Positions 27,336-37,185 of a stretch of DNA of 45,527 bases are shown here, piece by piece (the stretch's first letter is position 1; each line of letters begins with the position of its first letter). The position numbers were made by a program, and so were the translations under genes. Below the pieces are notes generated by a model. The model was not told where the DNA came from. It saw nothing but the letters and a program-made list of their open reading frames with translations, and did no database searches. This DNA comes from Dehalococcoidia bacterium (GTDB taxonomy: Bacteria > Chloroflexota > Dehalococcoidia > SM23-28-2). Location of the stretch: contig JALHUG010000013.1 in assembly GCA_022866185.1 (NCBI GenBank), positions 1-45,527 on the forward strand, read 5' to 3'.

Positions 27336-28838
27336 ATGGACAGCGGCTGGCTCTTGTTCGCGACGATAGCGGTGCCTTTGACGACCGCGCTGATCATCAT
27401 GGCCATCCCCTCGACCTACAAGCAGCAGGTGCGGTGGGTGGCGACGGCGGCCGGCTTCACCATGTTCGTCCTGTCGGTCATCTTCTTCGTCCTCTACAAC
27501 TACAAGGAGGGCGGCCTCCAGTTCGACCTGCGCCTTCCCTGGCTGGAGAACGTGGCCTTCCTGGGGAAGGACGGCATCACCCTGCACCTGGCGGTGGACG
27601 GCATCTCGGTGCCGCTGGTGCTGCTGACGGGCATCGTAATCTTCTGCGGCTGCCTCATCTCCTGGAACATCAAGTATCGGAACAAGGACTTCTTCATCCT
27701 CCTCATGCTCCTCGTGAGCGGCGTCTTCGGGGTGTTCCAGGCGGCGGACCTCTTCTTCCTCTTCTTTTTCTACGAGCTGGCGGTGCTCCCCATGTACCTG
27801 CTCATCGGCGTCTGGGGGTCAAGCACCGACTTCGGCACGTACGTCCGCACCAATGGGTACGGCGCCATGAAGCTGACGCTGTACCTGGTGGCAGGTAGCG
27901 CACTGGTGTTCATCGGTATCCTCGCCACGTTCGTGGAAGCGGGCAGGGGCACCTTCGATCTGCCCGTCCTGGGCCAGGTGACGTACAGCGAGACGTTTCA
28001 GAAGACGTTCTATCCTTTCTTCATGCTGGGCTTCGGGGTGCTGGCTGGCCTCTGGCCCTTCCACACCTGGTCGCCCGACGGCCACGTGGCGGCGCCGACG
28101 GCGGTGAGTATGCTGCACGCCGGCGTCCTGATGAAGCTGGGCGCCTACGGTATTATCCGCGTGGGGATGAGCCTCTTCCCGGAGGGAGCAGAGTTCTGGG
28201 CGCCGGCCCTGCTGGTACTGGGCACCACTGGCGCCCTATACGGCGCTATCTCGGCCATGGCCCAGCGCGACCTGAAGTACGTGGTGGGCTACTCTAGTGT
28301 GAGCCACATGGGCTACGTGCTCATGGGCCTGGCCACACTTAACCCCATCGGCGTGAACGGTGCGGTGCTCCAGATGTTCGCTCATGGGGTGATGACGGCC
28401 CTCTTCTTCGCCATGGTGGGCGCGATATACGATCAGGCCCGCGTGCGGGAGATCTGGACCTTCGGCGGCCTGTCCCAGCGCATGCCGCGCTTCGTGGCCT
28501 TCTTCGCCATCGCCGGCCTATCGTCCCTGGGCCTTCCCGGACTGGCCGGCTTCATCGCCGAGTTCAACATCTTCGCCGGGCTGTTCAAGACGTATCCGGT
28601 GTTCGGCGCGCTGGGCATCCTGACGGCGGCTATCACCGCCGTCTACATCCTGCGCCTGCTGGCGGCCGCCTTCTTTGGCCCCTTGAACGAGAAGTGGGCC
28701 CACCTGAAGGAGATGCGCCTGCTGGAGCAGGTGGCCGGGGCCATCCTCATCGTGTTCATTGTCTTCATGGGCGTCTGGCCCGCCCCGTTCGTGGACCGCA
28801 TTGCCCAGAGCGTGCTTGCCTTGCCGGGGATCGGATAG
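27336..28838 (+). CDS. nuoM: NADH-quinone oxidoreductase subunit M
   Basis: FFFYELAVLPMYLLIG and WSPDGHVAAPTAVSMLHAGVLMKLG motifs in the conserved position. Confidence 0.95.
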   Translation: MDSGWLLFATIAVPLTTALIIMAIPSTYKQQVRWVATAAGFTMFVLSVIFFVLYNYKEGGLQFDLRLPWLENVAFLGKDGITLHLAVDGISVPLVLLTGIVIFCGCLISWNIKYRNKDFFILLMLLVSGVFGVFQAADLFFLFFFYELAVLPMYLLIGVWGSSTDFGTYVRTNGYGAMKLTLYLVAGSALVFIGILATFVEAGRGTFDLPVLGQVTYSETFQKTFYPFFMLGFGVLAGLWPFHTWSPDGHVAAPTAVSMLHAGVLMKLGAYGIIRVGMSLFPEGAEFWAPALLVLGTTGALYGAISAMAQRDLKYVVGYSSVSHMGYVLMGLATLNPIGVNGAVLQMFAHGVMTALFFAMVGAIYDQARVREIWTFGGLSQRMPRFVAFFAIAGLSSLGLPGLAGFIAEFNIFAGLFKTYPVFGALGILTAAITAVYILRLLAAAFFGPLNEKWAHLKEMRLLEQVAGAILIVFIVFMGVWPAPFVDRIAQSVLALPGIG

Positions 28839-30314
28839 ATGGACTGGTCGCTGCTCGTCCCCGAGTACATCCTGGCCGGCTGGGCGGCCATGGTGGTTTC
28901 GCTGGACCTGTTCTGGGGCCGCCTGCGCAAGGAGCAGCTCGCCTACGTGGCCGCGGCCGGGGCGCTCACCGCCACGCTGGTCTCGCTCATCTGGGTGAAC
29001 GACAGCGCCTCCTTCGGCAACCTGCTGCAGGTCGACAACTACACCACCTTCTTCCGCGTCTTCTTCGGGCTCATCGCCTTCGTCATCTGCCTGGCGTCCG
29101 CGCAGTACGTGAAGGACCGCCTGCTCCATCCCGGCGAGTACTACGCCCTAATCCTGCTGACGGTCATCGGTGGCACGTACATGGCGGCGGCCAAGGAGCT
29201 GCTGACGGCCTACATCTCGCTGGAGCTGCTGAGCTTCAGCCTCTATGTCCTCACCTCTTATGCCAAGTTCGACCTCAAGTCGAACGAGGCGGGGCTAAAG
29301 TACATGCTGCTGGGGGCCTTCTCCTCGGCCATCTTCCTCTACGGCATGAGCCTGGTCTACGGCGTGACTAAGACCACCAGCTTCGCCGGCATCGCCAGCG
29401 CCCTGAGCGGCGACACCAGCGGCATCGCCTTCGCCCTGATGCTGGGCATCGTTCTGATGATCGCTGGGCTGGGGTTCAAGGTGGCGGCGGTGCCCTTCCA
29501 CATGTGGACGCCCGACGCCTACGAGGGGGCGCCGCTGCCGATCACCGCCTTCATCTCGGCCATCTCCAAGGCGGCGGGCTTCGCTCTCTTCCTGAAGCTG
29601 TTCGGCCAGGCCCTGTTGCCCATGGCCGACGACTGGCGCTGGATCATCGCCGGCCTCTCAGCGGCCACCATGATCCTGGGGAACCTGGTGGCCATCCAAC
29701 AGCACAACATCAAGCGCCTGTTGGCCTACTCGAGCATTGGCCAGGCGGGGTTCATGCTTATGGGGATCGCCGCCCTCACGCCGCACGGCCCCAGCGACCC
29801 GGCCAGCGCCCTGTTGCTGTACCTGGTGGGCTACGTCATTACCAACCTGGCGGCCTTTGTCTGCGTCATCGTCTACTACAACCAGACCGGCAAGGATGAG
29901 ATCGCGGACTTCGGCGGTCTGGCGGAGCGGGCGCCGTTCCTGGCCCTCTGCTTGACCATCGCCCTGTTCTCGCTGGCGGGCATGCCATTGTTCGCCGGCT
30001 TCGCCACCAAGTTCATCCTCTTCCAGACCGCCGCCCAGCAGGATCTCCTCTGGCTCTCCTCGATTGCCGTGTTCATGAGCTTCGTCTCCCTCTATTACTA
30101 CCTAGGGATCATCAAACAGATGTACCTGGTGGAGCCCACGGAGAAGGCGCGCTTGCCGGTGCCGCGGATGGAGTATGCGGTGGTGGCGGTGCTGATCGTG
30201 GGCGTGCTGCTGGTGGGGCTCTACCCGCAGCCCCTGTTCAACGGCGTGGAGAACGCCACGAGCGCGCTCTTCCAGATCACTCAGGCCGCTGCAGCGGCCA
30301 GCGCCGGGCTGTAG
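28839..30314 (+). CDS. nuoN: NADH-quinone oxidoreductase subunit N
   Basis: Its ATG abuts the nuoM stop. It has GFKVAAVPFHMWTPDAYEGAPLPITAF and KRLLAYSSIGQAGF motifs. Confidence 0.95.
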   Translation: MDWSLLVPEYILAGWAAMVVSLDLFWGRLRKEQLAYVAAAGALTATLVSLIWVNDSASFGNLLQVDNYTTFFRVFFGLIAFVICLASAQYVKDRLLHPGEYYALILLTVIGGTYMAAAKELLTAYISLELLSFSLYVLTSYAKFDLKSNEAGLKYMLLGAFSSAIFLYGMSLVYGVTKTTSFAGIASALSGDTSGIAFALMLGIVLMIAGLGFKVAAVPFHMWTPDAYEGAPLPITAFISAISKAAGFALFLKLFGQALLPMADDWRWIIAGLSAATMILGNLVAIQQHNIKRLLAYSSIGQAGFMLMGIAALTPHGPSDPASALLLYLVGYVITNLAAFVCVIVYYNQTGKDEIADFGGLAERAPFLALCLTIALFSLAGMPLFAGFATKFILFQTAAQQDLLWLSSIAVFMSFVSLYYYLGIIKQMYLVEPTEKARLPVPRMEYAVVAVLIVGVLLVGLYPQPLFNGVENATSALFQITQAAAAASAGL

Positions 30315-30545
30315 CCCTGATTCGCGACGCGTGCGCTGAAAGTTCTTCTGGCCGTTCTCCTCGCCGGCTGGACGCTTCGCTGGAGATGGTGGCTGGGTTG
30401 ACACCTGCCCGCGGAGCAGGTGATCTGATTGTCAATCAGGAAGCCGTAGTCATGGCAGTCGGGTGAGCACCCAACAGGCTCAAGGCTGATCCAAACGGCT
30501 CAGGCGTCAACCGTCCGGATACGGATGACATTTTGGCGCCCCTCA

Positions 30546-30576
30546 GTCGCGGGTTCGAGTCCCGTTTCCCGCTCCA
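30546..30576 (+). pseudogene. 3' fragment of a tRNA-Gly gene (T-arm + acceptor 3' strand + CCA); no 5' half present
   Basis: GTCGCGGGTTCGAGTCCCGTTTCCCGCTCCA closely matches the 3' end of bacterial tRNA-Gly as I recall it (E. coli: ...GGUCGCGAGUUCGAGUCUCGUUUCCCGCUCCA). No matching GCGGGAA acceptor strand, D-arm or anticodon arm lies in the preceding ~170 nt. Confidence 0.6.
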
Positions 30577-30674
30577 AAGTATTGCCTCCAGATGCTGAAT
30601 TGACACTCTTGCCGTTCGTAGCGGCCACCGTCTTCACTTGGATCGCCGGCAACTCTCGACCGCGGCCGACCAGG

Positions 30675-31046
30675 CTATCGCGGCGGCAGGTTGCTCGCGG
30701 GCGGAGGCTCCGCGATGGCGGGGCTGCTCTCGTCGGCCCGACCGATCTCGACCTCGGCCGTGTGCGGCTCGCGGTCGCCGACAAGCCGGATCGACCCCTC
30801 GTCCTGCTCAACGCCGTCGACGACGATGCGCACTCCGTCACCCGCGCCCGCTCGTCGAACGGTGATCGCGTAGGTCGTCTCCCGGTAGCGGTAGCTGAGG
30901 GCGAACGACTGCCAGTCGGGCGGCAGGCAGGGCGTGAAGGAGAGCCGGTCCACCTCCAAGCGAAGGCCGAGCAGCGACTCGACGATCAGCCGGTACATCC
31001 AGCCGGCGGCACCCGTGTACCAAGTCCAGCCGCCTGCGCCCCCGGT
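30675..31046 (-). pseudogene. C-terminal remnant (~123 codons) of a GH94-type glycan phosphorylase / cyclic beta-1,2-glucan synthase-like gene
   Basis: The frame opens directly after a TGA and has no start. It reads TGGAGGWTWYTGAAGWMYRLIVESLLGLRLEVDRLSFTPCLPPDWQSF..., matching the conserved GH94 C-terminal region as I recall it. The rest of the usual >800-aa protein is absent. Confidence 0.65.
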
Positions 31047-31261
31047 TCAGCTCCTGCCGCAGGCTTCTTTGACAAGATGCTAGCCACGCTCTCCTTTCCG
31101 AGAGGTTAGGCGATCAAGGCGGCGCCTGTCGAGATTGTTCAAGGGCATACCCTGCGCCCCCAGTCTCCGTTGCAGTGGGGTGCCTCCATGATAGAATGCC
31201 CTAGGCTGTACAGCATTATCATTGACGGTCAGCCGACTTGTGTACGGACCCAGCCGCTGAA

Positions 31262-34200
31262 ATGGCCTTTCGGCAGGAGGAACCCTTGAGTCGAAGTCGC
31301 CTTGTGCTGACGCACATTGCCGCTGGGTTCGTCATTCCTATCAGTCTGGGCTTTATTATATTTCGTGAGGCCCTCTTTCGCTCAGGTGCTCTGATCTATC
31401 GGGATCACTATCCCGGCGAATGGTTTCTGCCACTGCTGCGAGATGCCAAGCCCCTGGATTTTACGACCTACCTGGAAAACTTCAAGTTTGCCCCTTTCAC
31501 CGGTCCCTTTCACCTATTCTTTGACTTCTGGCCTATCGCTGACCCGGTGGCTGTCATGTATTTCAGCGCCTTCTTGGTTGCCTACTTCAGCATGTACTGG
31601 TCAGGCTACTTAATCCTGAGATACCGCTTCGGCTATGCCGACTCGATCTCGCTGGCAGCAGCGACACTGGGAGCGCTTACTTTTACCCTCAATCCCCTGG
31701 CGATTAATCTTCTCTACGACCTCAGCCTCTTCACGGGTTACGCTGTGACTCCTCTTGTCATCCTGCTGTATGACTCGCTGTTGGGGGAGAACCTAACGCT
31801 GCACGACCGAGCGTTGAGGATCTTCGCTGTGGCCTTTCTCTGGTGGTTATTTGGCATCAAGGCGGCCTGGCTGATCTTCATGCTCGTTCTCCTTGCGTTC
31901 TGCTTTACGGGGCAAGCCGTTCTAGATCTCCGGGGGAGAAGGTTCGGCAAGGTCCTCAGAAACGTCCTTGCGAGTGTCTCGATCGGGCTTGTGTACGTGC
32001 TGCTGAGCAGTTTTTGGTTCCTTCCGTACCTGAAGGCCGTGAGCATGGCACCCTTAGAAGCGACAGGGTTGCCATTTGATGTGGACAGCACCCGCTCCCT
32101 GGTCAGTTATTCCTTCGTCGACTCCCTGCGCCTTCAGGGTATCTACTGGCCGTGGGTAGAATGGACGACACCGGTGGGGAGCTCGCAGTGGCTGTGGGGT
32201 CCTATCGCATTTCTGCCTGTGACCCTTGGCCTTCTCGGATGGGCCTTTCATTATCGGAACAGATTGGCGCTTTCTTGTGCGGGTCTCTGTGGCCTCGCCA
32301 TTGTCGTGATCAATATCCCCGAGTTGACTTCTTCACTACTCTCCTCCCCCATCGGTGGCTATCTGGCGCCAATTCGAACGCCGTACAAGTGGAATGTCTT
32401 CTTGAGCCTGGGCCTCGCGTTTCTGGTAGCCATGGCGGTGGCGCGCGGCCTTACACTGTTGCGGCGCTCCGCTCACCCAATTCTATCGGTTTTGACGGCT
32501 GGCGGACCAATCTTGCTGCTATTGTTATACTTTCTGCCTGGCCTCAGCGGCGATTTCGATGGCCATTTCCGACCGGTGCGCCTTCCTCCGCAGCTTGATC
32601 AAGTAACAGAATCTCTTGGGGAAAGGGATGACTGCACGATACTATGGCTTCCCGTCCTGCTCCTGGATGAGCTCAGTTGGAACCGCAAGGAGAACCCTTC
32701 CTTCTACAATATGTCCGATCTTACCCCTGGCAGGTCTGTTCTGGGTCTTGGCCCCCCAGGAGATCGAAGCATTAATATGCCTTACATTCAGCACATGTAC
32801 GCGGAGCTAGTCGACGGACGGTCTCAAAATATCTCCAAGTACTTGTTCCCCGCCACTGTCTGTTCGGTGGTGTTCCACGACGACTTGGTGGCCCCGAGGG
32901 ACAACCTGACTGGCTCCTCTTCCGAGGCTGCTCTTGCCAATCTGAAGTCCTCCGATCTCAAGCTAGACGAGCAGGCAGGCTTCTATTACCGCTTCTCACC
33001 GGAGAATAGCCCCGGACTTTTCTACATCCAGGAAAGCAGTTTCCTCACGGTAGGCGGCTTGAGGACACTCGATAGCCTGGTCTCTCTACCAGATTTTGAC
33101 CCTGCTGGGCCAGGGGTGGTCTTTCTTGACAGGAATGACCACCCTGCCGACCTGCCTGAAGCAGGCTTCATCATGGGGCCCCAATCGTCCTATCTGGATC
33201 TTCTCCTTTCGTACGCACCACATGACACACTGCTCTCCCTTTCGGAATACGCCTCCCATAGCGACCCAAGTGTGGGGTGGGCCCGGATGAATCCTCGATA
33301 CTACTGGTGGCACAAGTTGCTCACCACCATTTATGGGATCCAGCCTCCAGGCGAATTCGATTACGGCCGGGGGCTGGCTGCCAGCTGGTATGCCCCTGCA
33401 CCGGAAACGGCGACGGTGTTGGTCGACTTGTCGGCGGCGACCTGGCAGGCGAGAGGATGGACGTCCTCCGATGAAATAGAAGTGGTTCAGCAAGGTCCGC
33501 CAGTGCAGATTCGATACCGCTTCGATGAGCCCTCACCGACCCAGGTGGTGATGGAGACAAGCTTCGACGTACAGGACTGGACCTACTATGATACGGCCTC
33601 GCTGGAGGTGCTGGGCGACGGCAGCGGCAATTTGCTGGAACTGTGGCTGAAGCGCGGCCTAGATGGCACTAGTTACAGGGTGGGGTCCGTTCGTCTTGAA
33701 TGGCGCGGGTGGCGTCGTCTGCAGTTTCCCCTTCCGGCAGCTAGAGACCACGTACGGGGTCTGTTGATCAGCATCCGCTGGGATAAGGATCGGGCACCCT
33801 CTGGGCTGGGGGCCCACCGCCTCGACCTGGGCGAGTTCAGGCTATCCATGAAGACCCTGCGTTCTGGTCAGCCCCCTGTGCTGAAGGTGCCGTTTGAGGT
33901 GCCGGAGGAGGCTGAGTACGAGGTGTACGCTCGAGTCTTGCTTAGCCCCGAGGGGGGCAAGCTGGAGATCTCGGTGGACGATGCATCGCCTGTCAAGCTC
34001 GACACAGAAGGGCTGCAAAGCCGCCTGGCATGGCAGCGCGTCGCGCGCACAGACTTGTCGAAAGGTGAACATGAGCTAGCCATCGTTAATCGGGGAGGCT
34101 TGAACGCTGTCAATGTCCTTGCGGCTGTGCCGGCGGAGAACATCGGGACGATGGAGGAGGCACTGAACGAGCGCTTGCACAGAGGAACCGTGATAGTGGT

Positions 34201-34912
34201 AGCGGATAGCTCCAGCGAGGCGGGTGCTCCCTCTCTTTCTAGCGAGAAGCCGATAGAAGTTTCCATACCTGCTGAGGGGCAATATATGCTGGCGGCGCGT
34301 GCTGACAATGGAGCGAGCTTAGAGGGTGGCAAGGTGATTGTGGACGGGACGCATGAGTTAAAGCTTGAGGCCGCGCCTTCTCGCCGAGAGCCGTGCTGCC
34401 GCGCTGGGCCGATCGATCTGACTCAGGGGGAGCACTCGCTGGAGCTACCCGCCATTGATCAGCCGGCCCAGATCATTCTATATACTGGACAGGAAGATGC
34501 TAGCCTAACGGAGATCTTGGGCAAGGTGGATAGCGCTCCAGTAGTGGCGTGGCGTCGGCATAATGCCTCCAAGTATACGGTGACAGTGACGACTGACCGG
34601 CCCTTCGTTCTTGGGTTCGCCGACCTGTACGACGGGCGATGGTCGGCCTCGGTGAATGGACAGAAGGCCGACCCCTTCCCCTTGTACGGAATTGTGAATG
34701 GCTTCTATATCCAGCAGACCGGGGACCTTGAGATAACTGTTGAGTTTGAGCCGCAAAGGTACTTTTTCCCCGGGATGGTGCTGACTGGCCTCACTTTGGG
34801 TGTTTTTATGGCTCTCATCGGCGGCAGGCTCACCGGGCGATTAGTCCGACTTCGCTGGCCAGGGCCTTTTGGAGACGTACGATCACGAGACCAGGATGGT
34901 GAAGGCGGCTAG
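31262..34912 (+). CDS. very large GT-C-type membrane glycosyltransferase-like protein (AftD/DUF3367- or YfhO-like)
   Basis: ORF 31238..34912. Likely starts are ATG 31262, or TTG 31286 lying 5 nt after AGGAGG. The first ~450 aa are polytopic, followed by a ~700-aa extracytoplasmic region with CBM-like segments. The C-terminal module LYDGRWSASVNGQKADPFPLYGIVNGFYI...EFEPQRYFFPG plus a final TM is a pattern recalled from YfhO/AftD-type proteins. Confidence 0.6.
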   Translation: MAFRQEEPLSRSRLVLTHIAAGFVIPISLGFIIFREALFRSGALIYRDHYPGEWFLPLLRDAKPLDFTTYLENFKFAPFTGPFHLFFDFWPIADPVAVMYFSAFLVAYFSMYWSGYLILRYRFGYADSISLAAATLGALTFTLNPLAINLLYDLSLFTGYAVTPLVILLYDSLLGENLTLHDRALRIFAVAFLWWLFGIKAAWLIFMLVLLAFCFTGQAVLDLRGRRFGKVLRNVLASVSIGLVYVLLSSFWFLPYLKAVSMAPLEATGLPFDVDSTRSLVSYSFVDSLRLQGIYWPWVEWTTPVGSSQWLWGPIAFLPVTLGLLGWAFHYRNRLALSCAGLCGLAIVVINIPELTSSLLSSPIGGYLAPIRTPYKWNVFLSLGLAFLVAMAVARGLTLLRRSAHPILSVLTAGGPILLLLLYFLPGLSGDFDGHFRPVRLPPQLDQVTESLGERDDCTILWLPVLLLDELSWNRKENPSFYNMSDLTPGRSVLGLGPPGDRSINMPYIQHMYAELVDGRSQNISKYLFPATVCSVVFHDDLVAPRDNLTGSSSEAALANLKSSDLKLDEQAGFYYRFSPENSPGLFYIQESSFLTVGGLRTLDSLVSLPDFDPAGPGVVFLDRNDHPADLPEAGFIMGPQSSYLDLLLSYAPHDTLLSLSEYASHSDPSVGWARMNPRYYWWHKLLTTIYGIQPPGEFDYGRGLAASWYAPAPETATVLVDLSAATWQARGWTSSDEIEVVQQGPPVQIRYRFDEPSPTQVVMETSFDVQDWTYYDTASLEVLGDGSGNLLELWLKRGLDGTSYRVGSVRLEWRGWRRLQFPLPAARDHVRGLLISIRWDKDRAPSGLGAHRLDLGEFRLSMKTLRSGQPPVLKVPFEVPEEAEYEVYARVLLSPEGGKLEISVDDASPVKLDTEGLQSRLAWQRVARTDLSKGEHELAIVNRGGLNAVNVLAAVPAENIGTMEEALNERLHRGTVIVVADSSSEAGAPSLSSEKPIEVSIPAEGQYMLAARADNGASLEGGKVIVDGTHELKLEAAPSRREPCCRAGPIDLTQGEHSLELPAIDQPAQIILYTGQEDASLTEILGKVDSAPVVAWRRHNASKYTVTVTTDRPFVLGFADLYDGRWSASVNGQKADPFPLYGIVNGFYIQQTGDLEITVEFEPQRYFFPGMVLTGLTLGVFMALIGGRLTGRLVRLRWPGPFGDVRSRDQDGEGG

Positions 34913-34914
34913 AC

Positions 34915-35661
34915 ATGTCGCGGGATCTGCAGAAGAAGGTCTACGAAGCCGCTGATGGGGAGTGGCTATCCTTTTCTGAAGCGCCGGCCTACAGGTTGGT
35001 CGTGCCACGGTTGTTTCTGGCCGGTGTTCTGGCCCATCAGCGCGGCGCGAAGGTTCTCGACGTAGGCGGTGGCTCGGGCCTTCTCCTGGAACCGTTTGTT
35101 GACCGGGCCAAGTGCCACCTCGTTGATATCTCGGCGCGGCTGGTGAGACAGGCGACGGCGAGAGGTATAGAGGCCGTCGTCGCCGACGTCGATCGCGGCC
35201 TTCCTTTTGTAGACGGGAGCTTCGATGTCGTACTGTGCTCCCATGTCATCGAACACACCATCTCTACCGACAGGCTCCTCGGGGAGCTGAACCGGGTTCT
35301 CAAGAAGCGAGGCAGGCTGCTCCTGGTGTTCCCGAACATCAGTCAGCCCGTTGGCTGGCTCATGATGGTTCTTCTGGACTTGCCGCCAAAGCATAGCGCC
35401 CGGTACAAGGGCATTCATGTGCGGGATTTCACGTTGAGGACCGTCAAAGCGGCCGTCGAGCTCAACGGTTTTAGGGTGGACAAAACTAGAGGCTCAGGCA
35501 TGTACCCCTTCATGGGAGGAACCTTATCTGCGGCGGTTGCTCGGCTCCTCCCCAGGTTTGCTGATGATGTGACGCTACTTTGCACTAAAGTGTCGTCTCC
35601 GTCACAGACGCCTGCAATAGTTGAAAACGTGCGTCAGGTCTTCAAGCTGAAGAGGCCATAG
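34915..35661 (+). CDS. class I SAM-dependent methyltransferase (Methyltransf_11-like)
   Basis: KVLDVGGGSGLLL, FDVVLCSHVIEH and GRLLLVFPN. It has the same motif layout as the methyltransferase at 4590..5414. Confidence 0.85.
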   Translation: MSRDLQKKVYEAADGEWLSFSEAPAYRLVVPRLFLAGVLAHQRGAKVLDVGGGSGLLLEPFVDRAKCHLVDISARLVRQATARGIEAVVADVDRGLPFVDGSFDVVLCSHVIEHTISTDRLLGELNRVLKKRGRLLLVFPNISQPVGWLMMVLLDLPPKHSARYKGIHVRDFTLRTVKAAVELNGFRVDKTRGSGMYPFMGGTLSAAVARLLPRFADDVTLLCTKVSSPSQTPAIVENVRQVFKLKRP

Positions 35662-35757
35662 CATGCAAAAGGAAAGCCTCCACCCAGTTTCTATCGCCAT
35701 GTGGCTGGTCTGATAGCGCCTTCTGTTTGCGTGAGAGCGCGGCCACCCTTCGCGCGT

Positions 35758-37185
35758 TTAACCTCGGCGGTGCGAGTCTTCAGTGGTACCCCTGGCCGTC
35801 GGCTCACTGAAGCTAGGTATCCTTGGCAACTTTGTGCGGACGAAAGTGCCCATCGATCGGAGAGCCGGGCTGGTCGACAGCGAATACCAGTACGGTATTC
35901 GCCTCCAAGGCGCTTGGACCAGGCACAGGCCGGCAAGAGCCGAGCCGGAGCCGATCACCATCGCCCATGCCACATCGGTCGGAGTATCATGCCGGAAGAT
36001 CACCATCAAGAGCGATAGTGCTGGGGCTGCTACTATCGCCCAGAGGAAGGAGTGGGCCTGCTTCGCCAGATAGTAGTGGCTGGCTGTTGCCACTAGGGTC
36101 AGGAAGATGGCCGCCACAATGTACACTCTTGCGAAGGTGGCCATAGAGTCACCAGCGTATTTGTTGCCGAACAGGATCGAGATAGCTTGGCTAGGGAACA
36201 ACAAAAAGAGACAAGCAGCAGGGGCCACGAGTAGGGCGGTGATAGCCAGACCAAGATGGAGATACGGGGCAGTGTCTCGACCGGCGGCATGAGCCGACGC
36301 TACCTTCGGCACCAATAGGATAAGGACGGCAAAGGAACCATAGTAGATTGCCTTACCGAGCATTGAGACTGTCGCGTACCGGCCGGCGACATCAGGATCG
36401 AGGTAGTATCGGGCTAGAAGCATGTCCATATACAAAAGCATCGTGAGAATGGCGTAGGTGGCGACGACCGGCCATGTACGGTCGGACCCATTGTCGAATC
36501 GTTCTCTTCGAACCTCGGATACACTGTTCCTGCGCGACAGTTCAAGGCGCGACATCCCGAAGCTGAACAAGATGCCGCAGATGTTGCCGATGACGAGGCC
36601 AGCTATGGCTCCAGAGACACCAGCACCAGCAGTTACCAGGGCCAGGCCAGCAAAAATGCCGCACCGCTGAATGAAGGTGGCCCAGCCGACAACGCCGAAT
36701 CGCTGGAATCCTTGAAGAGTTCCGATTCCGAAGGGAAACAAGAGGCCAGTAGCCCCCACGACAGCGATCAGCAGTAGGGGAACGGGCGATCGAACATCGA
36801 GAGCAGACAGCAGCACCGGGATCAGCAGGGCGTATAGCAGCACCCCGACGACTATCAGGCGGGACACGCCGCGGAGCATCTCCAGAAGATAGTCCTGGAT
36901 CTCGCCGCCGGCTCCTTGGGCAGCTAGCTGCGCCACACGCCTGGCAACCATCATGTTGATCGTCCACATTGGGATCTGGAGAAGAATTGCTATGGCCAGG
37001 AGCGCGTTCCACAGTCCGTAGTCAGCGACGGTGAGGGTTCTGCTCATCCCGAGCTGGTACCCGTAGGACGCAAGGTTGCCTGCGAGAACCGCAAGATTGA
37101 TCCAGGTGAAATCCCGGGCTAGGCCCCAGAGCCTCTCCCGAGCAAAGAGGCTGGATATTGGAAGTCGTACCGCTACGCGACTCAC
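35758..37185 (-). CDS. Wzx/MOP-superfamily polysaccharide flippase (second copy)
   Basis: 475 aa with about 12-14 TM helices. The GTG start overlaps the upstream GT4 stop (GTGA). Confidence 0.75.
   Translation of the reverse strand: MSRVAVRLPISSLFARERLWGLARDFTWINLAVLAGNLASYGYQLGMSRTLTVADYGLWNALLAIAILLQIPMWTINMMVARRVAQLAAQGAGGEIQDYLLEMLRGVSRLIVVGVLLYALLIPVLLSALDVRSPVPLLLIAVVGATGLLFPFGIGTLQGFQRFGVVGWATFIQRCGIFAGLALVTAGAGVSGAIAGLVIGNICGILFSFGMSRLELSRRNSVSEVRRERFDNGSDRTWPVVATYAILTMLLYMDMLLARYYLDPDVAGRYATVSMLGKAIYYGSFAVLILLVPKVASAHAAGRDTAPYLHLGLAITALLVAPAACLFLLFPSQAISILFGNKYAGDSMATFARVYIVAAIFLTLVATASHYYLAKQAHSFLWAIVAAPALSLLMVIFRHDTPTDVAWAMVIGSGSALAGLCLVQAPWRRIPYWYSLSTSPALRSMGTFVRTKLPRIPSFSEPTARGTTEDSHRRG

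Noticed and set aside
19508-29129. Long ORFs antisense to or out of frame with the nuo genes (for example 19508..20200, 20731..21396, 21692..22372, 24991..25773, 25825..26265 and 28518..29129)
   Set aside because: They lie opposite or overlapping genes with unambiguous Nuo motifs. Their products are Arg/Gly/Pro/His-rich low-complexity sequences typical of shadow ORFs in GC-rich DNA, and no family motifs were seen.
30400-30576. Complete tRNA, intron-containing tRNA or tmRNA ending at 30576
   Set aside because: No complementary 5' acceptor strand (GCGGGAA), D-arm or anticodon arm lies in the upstream ~170 nt. A tmRNA would need a GGGG... 5' end pairing with a G3-U70 acceptor and about 350 nt of upstream non-coding sequence, but nuoN occupies that space.
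30525-31109. 194-aa plus-strand ORF and other ORFs over 30.5-31.1 kb
   Set aside because: The opposite strand carries a recognisable GH94 C-terminal motif block, and the plus-strand product is Arg/Ala/Pro-rich shadow sequence.
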